The notes beneath the pieces are model-generated. The model saw only the letters and a list, made by a program, of their open reading frames with translations, had not been told where the DNA came from and made no database searches. Below are positions 46,017 through 55,021 of a stretch of 64,000 bases of DNA, piece by piece. The stretch comes from an uncultured Eubacteriales bacterium (GTDB lineage Bacteria > Bacillota > Clostridia > Christensenellales > CAG-138). A program made the position numbers and the translations under genes. The stretch spans positions 16,376-80,375 of the forward strand of contig CADCJW010000001.1 of assembly GCA_902801845.1 (NCBI GenBank), in the 5' to 3' direction. Positions within the stretch are counted from its first letter, which is position 1; the number at the start of each line of letters is the position of its first letter.

Positions 46017-46403
46017 ATGGAAGAAAAGAAAAAAGGGATGCTGGACGTGCTGGCTGCCGATGAGATCCATCGCTATATGAAGGCACGGCGAGCCGTCAAC
46101 GACGATACGGAACTGTCGGAGATGGTGAAGGAATATGAGGAGGGCAACAAGCGCCTTGAAAAGCTCATCGAAACCGAGGGGTTCGATGCTGACGAGGCGA
46201 TTCAGCTCAGCAACGATATGGATTATATCGGCTTCCTGCTCAGCCAGAATCCTAAGATCCTGGAGCTGCAGGCCGCCAACAAAGCCATGAACGAGTACCT
46301 GGCTGCCGCCAAAGGCACCGTAACCTTCTCCTGCGGCGGAGATTGCAGAAGCTGCGTCGAGGCCTGCGCCGCTAAACCGGAACAGAAAGACGGGGAAGCA
46401 TGA
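46017..46403 (+). CDS. YlbF/YmcA-family protein
   Basis: Helical 128-aa protein with a C-terminal Cys cluster (CGGDCRSCVEAC). Its position between miaB and mutS matches B. subtilis ymcB-ymcA-(cotE)-mutS. Confidence 0.65.
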   Translation: MEEKKKGMLDVLAADEIHRYMKARRAVNDDTELSEMVKEYEEGNKRLEKLIETEGFDADEAIQLSNDMDYIGFLLSQNPKILELQAANKAMNEYLAAAKGTVTFSCGGDCRSCVEACAAKPEQKDGEA

Positions 46404-49036
46404 AGATCGTAGAGGGCATGTCGCCCATGATGCGTCACTATCTGCAGATGAAGGAGCAGTATCCCGACTGCTTCCTGTTCTATCGGCTGGGTGACTTTTA
46501 TGAAATGTTCTTTGAGGACGCCATAGAGGGCAGCAAGATCATGGAGCTGACGCTGACGGGCCGGGATTGCGGTCTGAAGGAGCGGGCGCCCATGTGCGGC
46601 GTGCCCTACCACAGCGTGGACACCTATGTGCAGCGGCTCATCAGCCGGGGATATAAGGTGGCCATCTGCGAGCAGATGGAGGACCCGGCTCTGGCCAAGG
46701 GGCTCGTGGACCGGGCCGTGATCCGAGTCATCACCCCCGGCACGGTCATCGAGGAGAAGCTGCTGGATGCGGGGAAGAACAACTATCTTTTGTCCGTCTA
46801 CGCAGCGAGGAACGGATACGGATACGCCTATGCGGACGTGTCCACCGGTGAATTCAAGGCGGGGGAGATCCGGGACCAGTCCAAGGAGAACGCCCTGATC
46901 GACGAGATCACCCGCATCGCGCCCACGGAATGCGTGGCCAACGGCCCCCTTTTCGAGCAGGAATACCTAAAAAAGCGGATACAGAACCTTTGCTATCTGG
47001 AGAAACTGCCGGACAGCGTGTTCCAGCTCAGCCGGGCTACGGAGGTGCTGAAAAAACAATTCGACGTATCCAGCCTGGACGGCTTCGGATGTGCCGATCT
47101 GCCGCTGGCCATCTGTGCCGCCGGCGGGCTCATGCAGTATTTGGAGGACACCCAGAAGAACGGGCTCGACCATATCCGCCGCATTGTGGTGGTCAGCCGT
47201 TCGGAATATATGCAGCTGGACATCAACACCCGGCGCAACCTGGAGCTCACGGAGGGGATCCGGACCGGTGTGGGTGGGAAGAACACCCTGCTGTACCTGC
47301 TGGACGTCACGAAGACCGCCATGGGCCGTCGGATGCTCCACAACTGGATCGATTGCCCTCTGCAATCCCTTTCTGCCATCGAGACACGGCAGGATGCGGT
47401 GGAGGAGTTGTACGAGAATACGGTCTTGCGCACGAAGCTCCGGGACCATTTGGACAAGGTCTACGATATCGAGCGTCTTTGTTCCAAGATCGCCTATGGG
47501 ACCGTCAATCCCCGGGATTGTCTGGCCTTGGCTCGCTCCCTGCGGCAGATCGGCCCCATGCAGGAGGTCCTTTCCGACTGCGTGGCGGGGGATATCGTCC
47601 ATATCCGGCAGGAGCTGGATCGGATGGAGGACACCGTGGACCTCATCGACCGGGCCATTGACGACGATCCTGCCGCCAACCTAAAGGAAGGCGGCGTGAT
47701 CCGTTCTGGGTACAACGAGGAGGTGGATGAGCTTCGGGACATCTCCGGCAATGCGAAAAAATGGTTGGACGACGTGCTGACCCGGGAACGGGAGAGCAGC
47801 GGCATCAAAAACCTGCGCATCGGCTACAACAAGGTCTTCGGGTACTTCCTGGAGGTGACCAAATCCTATGTGGACCAGGTGCCTTACTACTACCAGCGCA
47901 AGCAGACGCTGACCAACGCCGAGCGATATATCACGCCCGAACTGAAGGACATCGAAAATCGCATTCTTACCGCCAACGAGCGCCTTATCAAGCTGGAAGC
48001 GGAGCTGTACGATCAAGTCAAAACCACCCTGGTCCCACAGTTGGAGCGCCTTGAAAAAAACGCCCAGCTCATTTCCCGCCTGGACGTGTACGCCGCCTTC
48101 GCTCAGGTGGCGGTGACGAACCGCTACGTTCGCCCCGAGATGGGGGAGGACGGGGTCATTTCCATCCGCAACGGCCGTCATCCCATCGTGGAGCGCTCGT
48201 TGCAGGATGGGTTCATCCCCAACGACGTGCTGCTGGATCGGGCGGAGAATCGACTCCTCATCATCACCGGCCCCAACATGGCCGGAAAGAGCACCTATAT
48301 GCGCATGGTGGCTCTGATCACGCTCATGGCCCATATGGGGGCCTTCGTTCCGGCAGAGGCGGCCCACATCAGCCTGGTGGACCGGATATTCACCCGTATC
48401 GGCGCCAGCGACGATCTTTCCTCCGGGCAGAGCACCTTTATGGTGGAGATGAGCGAGGTGGCGAACATTCTGAACAACGCCACCAAGGACAGTCTCCTCA
48501 TCCTGGACGAGATCGGACGGGGGACCAGCACCTACGACGGCCTATCCATTGCCTGGGCGGTGCTGGAATACATTGCCAGCGAGGATACCTGCGGGGCAAA
48601 GGCCCTGTTCGCCACCCATTATCACGAGCTGTCGGAGCTGGAAGGACAGCTGTCCGGCGTTAAGAACTACCGTATCTCCGTCAAGGAGATAGGGGACAAT
48701 ATCCTGTTCTTGCGGAAGATCGTCCGTGGCAGCGCGGATAAGAGCTTCGGCGTGCAGGTGGCCAGGCTTGCCGGCATCCCGGAGGAAGTGATCTTGCGGG
48801 CCGGGCAGATACTGGAAGGATTGGAAAGCTCGGATATGGCGACTATGCATAAGAGCGGTCGTATAAAAACGGTGGATGATTCTGAAATATCCGTGGACAA
48901 GTCAGAGAAACAGGTGGATAACTCGGTGGACAAGGCTGTTTTAGCCGATTTAAAGGCGATAGATCTGGAAAACATGACGCCCATGATGGCGCTGCAAAAG
49001 CTCTATGCCTATCATGATGCTTGGAGGGAGGATTAA
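46400..49036 (+). CDS. mutS: DNA mismatch repair protein MutS
   Basis: SPMMRHYLQMK, GPNMAGKST and DEIGRGTSTYDG. Confidence 0.95.
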   Translation: MKIVEGMSPMMRHYLQMKEQYPDCFLFYRLGDFYEMFFEDAIEGSKIMELTLTGRDCGLKERAPMCGVPYHSVDTYVQRLISRGYKVAICEQMEDPALAKGLVDRAVIRVITPGTVIEEKLLDAGKNNYLLSVYAARNGYGYAYADVSTGEFKAGEIRDQSKENALIDEITRIAPTECVANGPLFEQEYLKKRIQNLCYLEKLPDSVFQLSRATEVLKKQFDVSSLDGFGCADLPLAICAAGGLMQYLEDTQKNGLDHIRRIVVVSRSEYMQLDINTRRNLELTEGIRTGVGGKNTLLYLLDVTKTAMGRRMLHNWIDCPLQSLSAIETRQDAVEELYENTVLRTKLRDHLDKVYDIERLCSKIAYGTVNPRDCLALARSLRQIGPMQEVLSDCVAGDIVHIRQELDRMEDTVDLIDRAIDDDPAANLKEGGVIRSGYNEEVDELRDISGNAKKWLDDVLTRERESSGIKNLRIGYNKVFGYFLEVTKSYVDQVPYYYQRKQTLTNAERYITPELKDIENRILTANERLIKLEAELYDQVKTTLVPQLERLEKNAQLISRLDVYAAFAQVAVTNRYVRPEMGEDGVISIRNGRHPIVERSLQDGFIPNDVLLDRAENRLLIITGPNMAGKSTYMRMVALITLMAHMGAFVPAEAAHISLVDRIFTRIGASDDLSSGQSTFMVEMSEVANILNNATKDSLLILDEIGRGTSTYDGLSIAWAVLEYIASEDTCGAKALFATHYHELSELEGQLSGVKNYRISVKEIGDNILFLRKIVRGSADKSFGVQVARLAGIPEEVILRAGQILEGLESSDMATMHKSGRIKTVDDSEISVDKSEKQVDNSVDKAVLADLKAIDLENMTPMMALQKLYAYHDAWRED

Positions 49037-49038
49037 GG

Positions 49039-50967
49039 ATGCTGATCAAGGTATTGCCTCCGGCACTTGCCAACCAGATCGCCGCCGGTGAGGTGGTGGA
49101 GCGGCCCGCTTCCGTGGTGAAGGAGCTGGTGGAGAACGCTCTGGACGCCGGTGCCACGGCCATCACCGTGGATATCACTGACGGGGGCTTGAGCTCCATC
49201 CGTGTCACGGACAACGGCTCCGGCATAGAGCCCGAGGATTGTCCTACGGCCTTTTTGCGCCATGCCACCAGCAAGATCAGCGTTCAGGAGGATTTGGATG
49301 CCATCGGCACTTTGGGGTTCCGGGGTGAGGCGTTGGCGTCCATCGGCGCTGTGTCTCTGGTCACCCTGACCACCCGGGTCCAGGGCGGCGAATGGGGCAC
49401 CAGGATCGTCTTCGACAACGGGCGTCTCGTCTCCAACGAGGCCTGCTCCTGCGTCTTCGGGACCACCGTTCAGGTGGACAACCTCTTTGCCAAGGTGCCG
49501 GCCCGCCTAAAATTCATGCGTTCTGCCCGGGCGGAAGCCGGTTATGTGGGCGACTTTATGGCGCGGGCCATCCTGGGCCGTCCGGACATCGCCTTTCGGT
49601 TTTTGAGCAACGGAAAGTGTGTCTATGAGACCTATGGGGATGGGAAGCTGAAAAACGCCATCTTCTGTGTCTACGGCGCCCAGATCACCGATCGGGTGCT
49701 GCCGGTCCTGCTGGACAACGGCTATGTGCGCGTCGAAGGGTACGTGGGGAACCAGGAGATCTCCCGGCCCAACCGGTCCATGGAAACCCTGTTCGTCAAC
49801 GGCCGCTATATCCGCTCTGTGGGCCTGTTCTCAGCCATCCAGAAGGCGTACGACACCCGCATGATGGCGGGGCGGTATCCCTTCGCCTTGCTCAACATCA
49901 CCATCGCCAAGGAAGAGGTGGACGTGAACGTCCATCCCGCCAAGACGGAGGTCCGGTTCGTGGATCAGCCCCGGGTGGAGTATGCCATCTCGGCGGCCTG
50001 TGCCCAGGCCCTGCGCCAGCCGGTAATCCCTCAGGTCCAACTTCCGGTCCATGCGGATCGTGTTTCTGAAACGACGGCTCCTTCTGAAGAGCTTGAGAAA
50101 CCGAAAAGCAGTTTCTCGCATACCCCATACAGTCAGATGGAGGAAAAGCCCAAGTCTCCTGCAAAACCGGTCACCAGCTTCACAGAGGCCTACAAGCGGG
50201 AAGTGGTCATCCCGCCTCGGTCCGTTTTGAAGGAAAGCAGCGCGGGATATACCTATAATTCCTTCCCGAAGAAGGAGCCCATGGAGACTTCTAATTCGTC
50301 AACGCCCAAGGTGGAGGTCTTTGCCGTAGCCGGGAATAAGCGGCCCGTGCTAGAACCGGCGTTGAAAAAGCCGGAACAAAACGCCTTGCCCCTGGACTTT
50401 GCCGTCAACATCATCGGCTGTGCTTTCAACACCTATTGGATCGTGCAGCATGAGGATGATCTGTATCTCATCGATCAACACGCCGCCCATGAGCGCCGCC
50501 TGTATGAGGAATTCAACGCCCGAGAGGTCTCGTCGGCCTCCCAGGAGCTGCTGATCCCCCAGCTGCTGACTTTGCAGCCTCGAGAGCTGGAGTTGGTGGA
50601 GGAATGGAAGAACGAGCTGGAGGAGCTGGGGTACCGGTTCGAGCGTACCGGCGCGTTGAGCTTGAATCTGATCGCCGTACCTGTGCTGAACGGGATCACC
50701 TTCGACGGGGAAGCACTGCATCAGGCCATCAATGCCGTCGGGGAGGCGGGGAAGGGCGCGAAAAAAGCCCTTGTCCGGGAAAAGCTGATCTATGCCTCCT
50801 GCAAACATGCCGTAAAGGGCGGCGAAGCCTTGCAAAAGGAGGAGATCGTGAGCCTGCTCAAGACCTATGTGGAGCAGGGCATCCCCCTCACTTGTCCTCA
50901 TGGACGGCCCGTGGTGGCACGGCTCTCCAAGCGGGACATGGAAAAGCTGTTCAAGCGCATCGTATGA
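49039..50967 (+). CDS. mutL: DNA mismatch repair protein MutL
   Basis: IAAGEVVERPASVVKELVENALDAG and DNGSGI. Start moved to MLIKVLP after the GGAGGGAGG RBS. Confidence 0.93.
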   Translation: MLIKVLPPALANQIAAGEVVERPASVVKELVENALDAGATAITVDITDGGLSSIRVTDNGSGIEPEDCPTAFLRHATSKISVQEDLDAIGTLGFRGEALASIGAVSLVTLTTRVQGGEWGTRIVFDNGRLVSNEACSCVFGTTVQVDNLFAKVPARLKFMRSARAEAGYVGDFMARAILGRPDIAFRFLSNGKCVYETYGDGKLKNAIFCVYGAQITDRVLPVLLDNGYVRVEGYVGNQEISRPNRSMETLFVNGRYIRSVGLFSAIQKAYDTRMMAGRYPFALLNITIAKEEVDVNVHPAKTEVRFVDQPRVEYAISAACAQALRQPVIPQVQLPVHADRVSETTAPSEELEKPKSSFSHTPYSQMEEKPKSPAKPVTSFTEAYKREVVIPPRSVLKESSAGYTYNSFPKKEPMETSNSSTPKVEVFAVAGNKRPVLEPALKKPEQNALPLDFAVNIIGCAFNTYWIVQHEDDLYLIDQHAAHERRLYEEFNAREVSSASQELLIPQLLTLQPRELELVEEWKNELEELGYRFERTGALSLNLIAVPVLNGITFDGEALHQAINAVGEAGKGAKKALVREKLIYASCKHAVKGGEALQKEEIVSLLKTYVEQGIPLTCPHGRPVVARLSKRDMEKLFKRIV

Positions 50968-51908
50968 GATCGCTGCTGCTCATCTGCGGCCCTACGGCCT
51001 GCCATAAAAGCGAAACGGCCCTGCGGATAGGGGGACGGTGGGGGGGAGAGATCCTTTCCATCGACTCCGTTGCCGTGTATCGAGGCATGGACATTGGCTC
51101 AGCAAAGCCCGATCCATCGGAACGGCGACGGGTGCCTCATCATCTCATCGACATCGTGGAACCGGACGATCGTTCCTTTTCCGTGGCGGCCTTTCAGAAG
51201 GCGGCGGACGAGGTGTTGGCGGACCTGGTCCGTCGAAACGTCCAGCCCATCCTGGTGGGGGGGAGCGGCCTCTATTGCGATGCGGTGCTGGAGGATATGG
51301 GTTACGCCCTGCCTTCCGATGCAGCGCTCCGAAAACAGCTGGAAGCGGAATATGACGCCGATCCACAGCTTTTTTTCGATCAAATGGCTAAGGATGACGT
51401 CCCATCGGGCGAAAAGCTCCATCTAAACGACAAGAAGCGGGTGGTGCGGGCCCGAGAGGTGTTTTTGCTCAGCGGAAAGCCCTTTTCCTCCTTCAACCAG
51501 GCGTATTCGGCGGCCCAAAGGAACAGTCGCTATCCGGCCATCCGCGTAGGGCTCACCATGCCTCGAGAAAAGCTGTACGCGGCCATCGACGCCCGGGTGG
51601 ATCGGATGATGGAGCAGGGGCTTCTAAACGAGGTAAAAGGGCTTAGGGATAAGGGATACGACAGGCGACTGCCCGCAATGCAAGCCATTGGCTATGCGCA
51701 GCTGCTCTCTTTTTTAGAAGGGGAGGTCACGTTGGACGCGGCGGTGGATGCCATCAAGCGTTCTACGCGGCAGTTCGCCAAAAGGCAGCTGACCTGGTTC
51801 AGGCGAGACGAACGGATACGCTGGTTCGATTGCGCGGACTATGGGGCGGCCTATGAACAGATTGAGGAGTATGTAAGGGAGACGGTATTTCATGACGGAT
51901 GTATATGA
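50964..51908 (+). CDS. miaA: tRNA dimethylallyltransferase
   Basis: DSVAVYRGMDIGSAKP, HHLID and RQLTWFR. ATGA overlap with mutL. P-loop reads GPTACHKS (see findings). Confidence 0.88.
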   Translation: MRSLLLICGPTACHKSETALRIGGRWGGEILSIDSVAVYRGMDIGSAKPDPSERRRVPHHLIDIVEPDDRSFSVAAFQKAADEVLADLVRRNVQPILVGGSGLYCDAVLEDMGYALPSDAALRKQLEAEYDADPQLFFDQMAKDDVPSGEKLHLNDKKRVVRAREVFLLSGKPFSSFNQAYSAAQRNSRYPAIRVGLTMPREKLYAAIDARVDRMMEQGLLNEVKGLRDKGYDRRLPAMQAIGYAQLLSFLEGEVTLDAAVDAIKRSTRQFAKRQLTWFRRDERIRWFDCADYGAAYEQIEEYVRETVFHDGCI

Positions 51909-53154
51909 GCTGGTCCAAGGGGCAGAGAAGCGGCTGCAGTCGGCTTTTGCGCGTCAGGAGAAGATAGCGTTTATCAACGAGCGCCGCGTGCTGGACGCCC
52001 TGCGGGCGGAACCGGTCTCTCCCCGGCATTTCGCGCCCACGGAGGGATATGGCTATGACGATCTGGGCCGGGATGCCCTGGACAGGGTGTTCGCCCGGGC
52101 CCTGCAGGCAGAGGATGCCTTGGTCCGTCCCCAGATCGCCAACGGGACCCACGCCATCTTCCTGGCCCTGAGCGGCCTTTTGGAACCGGGGGACGTGGCG
52201 TTTTCCGCCTCTGGCAGGCCCTATGATACGCTGGAAACGGCGGTGGGCCTGAGTGGGCGGGAGCCCAACGCCTTGAGCCGCTTCGGCATCGAGTTTCGCA
52301 TGGCTGACTTGAGGGAGACGGGGGAGGAGCCCTTCGATCTATGCGCCATTCTGCAAGGGATCGTGGACCATCCCGAGGTGAAGATGCTCTATGTGCAGCG
52401 GTCCCGAGGCTATGCCTGGCGGGAGTCCATTTCGGTGAACAGGATGGCGCCTCTGTTTCAAAAGGTGAAAGAGGTGCGCCCCGATATCATCATCGCCGTG
52501 GACAACTGCTATGGGGAGTTCACGGAGGAGCAGGAGCCCTCCGCCGTGGGGGCAGACGTGATGATGGGGTCCCTCATCAAAAACTGCGGTGGCGGCATCG
52601 CGCCAACCGGCGGCTATATCGCAGGGCGCAAGGATCTGATCGAGCGAATCAGTTACCGACTCACGGTGCCCGGCTCCGGTCGGGAGGTTGGATCCTACGC
52701 GGCCTCCTATCGGCCCTTTTTCCAGGGGCTGTTCCTGGCCCCCCATACGGTGCTGCAATGCTTGAAGACGGCCATGCTCTTCGGAGAGGTGTTCGATGCC
52801 ATGGACTATGACGTGATGCCCGTAGGGGATCGTCCCCGGGCGGACATCGTCGAGTCCATCCGCTTCAAGGAGCCGAAGGAGCTGATCGCTTTCTGTAAAG
52901 CGGTCCAGCATGCCTCTCCGGTGGACAGCGACGTGACCCCGGAGCCCTGGGACATGCCCGGTTATGCGGATCCGGTGATCATGGCGGCGGGGACGTTCGT
53001 CCAGGGCGCCACCACGGAGTTGAGCGCCGACGGGCCCATCCGCCCGCCTTATGCCGTATATATGCAGGGGGGACTCACCTATGAACATGGGAAACTGGCC
53101 CTCCTGGAGGTCGCTCAGGCGGTTATGGAGCAGAAGGAGGCGGGGGAGCGATGA
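51892..53154 (+). CDS. YnbB/'aluminium-resistance'-type methionine gamma-lyase family PLP enzyme
   Basis: N-terminus RRVLDALR..HF.PTEGYGYDDLGRD is typical of the family. About 420 aa. Lies downstream of miaA. Confidence 0.7.
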   Translation: MTDVYELVQGAEKRLQSAFARQEKIAFINERRVLDALRAEPVSPRHFAPTEGYGYDDLGRDALDRVFARALQAEDALVRPQIANGTHAIFLALSGLLEPGDVAFSASGRPYDTLETAVGLSGREPNALSRFGIEFRMADLRETGEEPFDLCAILQGIVDHPEVKMLYVQRSRGYAWRESISVNRMAPLFQKVKEVRPDIIIAVDNCYGEFTEEQEPSAVGADVMMGSLIKNCGGGIAPTGGYIAGRKDLIERISYRLTVPGSGREVGSYAASYRPFFQGLFLAPHTVLQCLKTAMLFGEVFDAMDYDVMPVGDRPRADIVESIRFKEPKELIAFCKAVQHASPVDSDVTPEPWDMPGYADPVIMAAGTFVQGATTELSADGPIRPPYAVYMQGGLTYEHGKLALLEVAQAVMEQKEAGER

Positions 53155-53438
53155 AGAAATGCATCCTGGGCCTGAAGGCCGTTTGCGACGATTGCGGCGC
53201 CTGTGAGGACGATCGCTGCGAGCTGGACCCCAACAAGCTGTGCGACAATTGCTATAAATGCTTGGAGATCACCGAATCCTATCGGGAGATCCCCATCGGC
53301 AGGGTGCTGATGGACGGGAGCGACAGCGGGGCATTATATGTGCTGGACCCCAACGAGCAGATGGAGCCGGAGATGGACCTTACGGAAGATCAGGGGGATT
53401 CGACTGGCTCTCCGGACGATCTGGAGTGGGAGGAATAG
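53151..53438 (+). CDS. small Cys-rich acidic protein, unknown function
   Basis: 95 aa with 8 Cys in the first 37 residues (CDDCGACEDDRC...CDNCYKC) and an acidic tail. ATGA overlap with the upstream gene. Confidence 0.5.
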   Translation: MKKCILGLKAVCDDCGACEDDRCELDPNKLCDNCYKCLEITESYREIPIGRVLMDGSDSGALYVLDPNEQMEPEMDLTEDQGDSTGSPDDLEWEE

Positions 53439-54483
53439 GATCCTCCCGCAATTTGATATATTTGGTCGCCTGACGCCGCCGTTCCTCCTGGATGGCGGCG
53501 TAGTGCTTCCGGGTGGTGTTCACGTCCTTATGGCCCAACACGTCGGCTACCAGGTAGATATCGCCGCTCTCCTGATAGAGCATGGTGCCGTAGGTGCTAC
53601 GCAGCTTGTGGGGCGTGATCTTCTTCAGCGGCGAGGCGATCTTGGCGTATTTCTTCACCAGGTTTTCCACAGCACGAGCGGTGATCCGCTTTCGCTGCAG
53701 GGAGAGGAAGAGGGCGTCCTCGCTGCCCGGCAGGGGGGCTATGAGCTCCCGCTGCTCCAAATAGGTCAACAGCGCGTTTCTCACCTCCGGCCCGAAGGAG
53801 AGCATCTCCTGATTGCCGCCCTTACGGGTCACGACGAAGGCGTCGGTGGAAAAGTCCACGTCGTCGATATCGATGCCCACCAGCTCGCTGATACGGATGC
53901 CGGTGCCCAAAAACAGGGTCAAAATGGCCGTATCCCGGATTTTGGTGGCCTGATGAAAGGCCTTTTGCTTTTCCGTCAGCCCTTTTCCGGCTTCGGCGAT
54001 GTCTAAAAGATCGGCCACTTCGTTGGCTTCCAGGCGGACTATGGCTTTTTCGTGGATTTTCGGCGTATCCACCAGGGAAGCAGGGTTGTTTTTGATGAGC
54101 TCCTGGCGGTGATAATATTTAAAAAATGCCCGAATTGCGGACAATTTTCGCGCTTTTGCCCGCTCGTTGTTCTCCCGTTCCCGCTCATCGTCGCCCACAT
54201 AAAGTGAGATATGCTCCAAAAACAGCTCGATATCCAGGGCTGTGATCCGATCCAGGTCCTCCAGCGTCAGAGAGGCAGGGGCCTTTCCCTGACAGGCTTC
54301 CACCTGTTCCGTACAGAACTTGAAAAAGTTTTTTAAATCGATGGCGTATCCGTACCGCGTCAAGATGCTGGTTTGCAATTCCATGGCGCGAAAATACAGA
54401 CCGGCAAACTTGGGAAGCTCCGAAAGCACCGATCGAAGCTTCAGCGTGTAATCTTTTTTCCGTTGGAGGGGGTAGTCGCTCAT
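53380..54483 (-). CDS. tyrosine-type site-specific recombinase (Xer/integrase family), 367 aa
   Basis: C-terminal catalytic region: GTGIRISELVGI (Arg box), TPHKLRSTYGT (HxxR), LGHKDVNTTRKHY (His...Tyr). Start set to MSDYPL; the upstream extension would need a TTG inside the palindrome. Confidence 0.85.
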   Translation of the reverse strand: MSDYPLQRKKDYTLKLRSVLSELPKFAGLYFRAMELQTSILTRYGYAIDLKNFFKFCTEQVEACQGKAPASLTLEDLDRITALDIELFLEHISLYVGDDERERENNERAKARKLSAIRAFFKYYHRQELIKNNPASLVDTPKIHEKAIVRLEANEVADLLDIAEAGKGLTEKQKAFHQATKIRDTAILTLFLGTGIRISELVGIDIDDVDFSTDAFVVTRKGGNQEMLSFGPEVRNALLTYLEQRELIAPLPGSEDALFLSLQRKRITARAVENLVKKYAKIASPLKKITPHKLRSTYGTMLYQESGDIYLVADVLGHKDVNTTRKHYAAIQEERRRQATKYIKLREDPIPPTPDRPESQSNPPDLP

Positions 54484-54496
54484 AGCCTGAATTTTA

Positions 54497-54538
54497 AAAC
54501 AACTATTCGTTAAAGACAAGTTTAACGAATAGTTGTTT
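54497..54538. repeat. perfect 18-6-18 bp palindrome (AAACAACTATTCGTTAAA-GACAAG-TTTAACGAATAGTTGTTT)
   Basis: Read directly from the sequence. It lies between the rnhA stop (54566) and the recombinase start (54483). Confidence 0.9.
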
Positions 54539-54565
54539 ACAGAAAAGTAACAGAAACGGCGTTTT

Positions 54566-55018
54566 TCAGGCTTTTTGCCCCGAAATGATCTGCTGGGCCG
54601 CTTCCCGGGCCAGCTTGTCGCAGCGGTTGTTGAACTCGTTGTCCGCGTGACCTTTCACTTTATGAAACTGTACGCGGTGCTTCTCCAACAACACGATCAA
54701 CGCTTTCCACAGGTCCTGATTCTCCACGTTGGATTTAGAGGCCGTTTTCCATCCGTTCTTCGACCAAGTCTCCAACCACTTTTTTTCCAACGCGTTGCAC
54801 AGATACGCGCTGTCCGTATACAGGTCCACCTGGCACGGCTCCTTCAACAGTTTCAACGCCTCCAACGCCGCCGTGATCTCCATGCGGTTGTTGGTCGTGC
54901 TCTCGGCGCCGCCGGAGCTCTCCTTTTTATGCTGATTATACATCAAAACGCAGCCCCAGCCCCCTGGGCCCGGATTACCGGAGCATGCGCCGTCCGTATA
55001 GATCGTGACTTGTTTCAT
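54566..55018 (-). CDS. rnhA: ribonuclease HI
   Basis: [38 protein letters not shown] and [18 protein letters not shown]. Confidence 0.92.
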   Translation of the reverse strand: MKQVTIYTDGACSGNPGPGGWGCVLMYNQHKKESSGGAESTTNNRMEITAALEALKLLKEPCQVDLYTDSAYLCNALEKKWLETWSKNGWKTASKSNVENQDLWKALIVLLEKHRVQFHKVKGHADNEFNNRCDKLAREAAQQIISGQKA

Positions 55019-55021
55019 ATA

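Noticed and set aside
50604-50963. N-terminal 120-aa extension of the miaA ORF
   Set aside because: It lies entirely inside mutL in another frame. The conserved MiaA sequence begins at the ATG overlapping the mutL stop.
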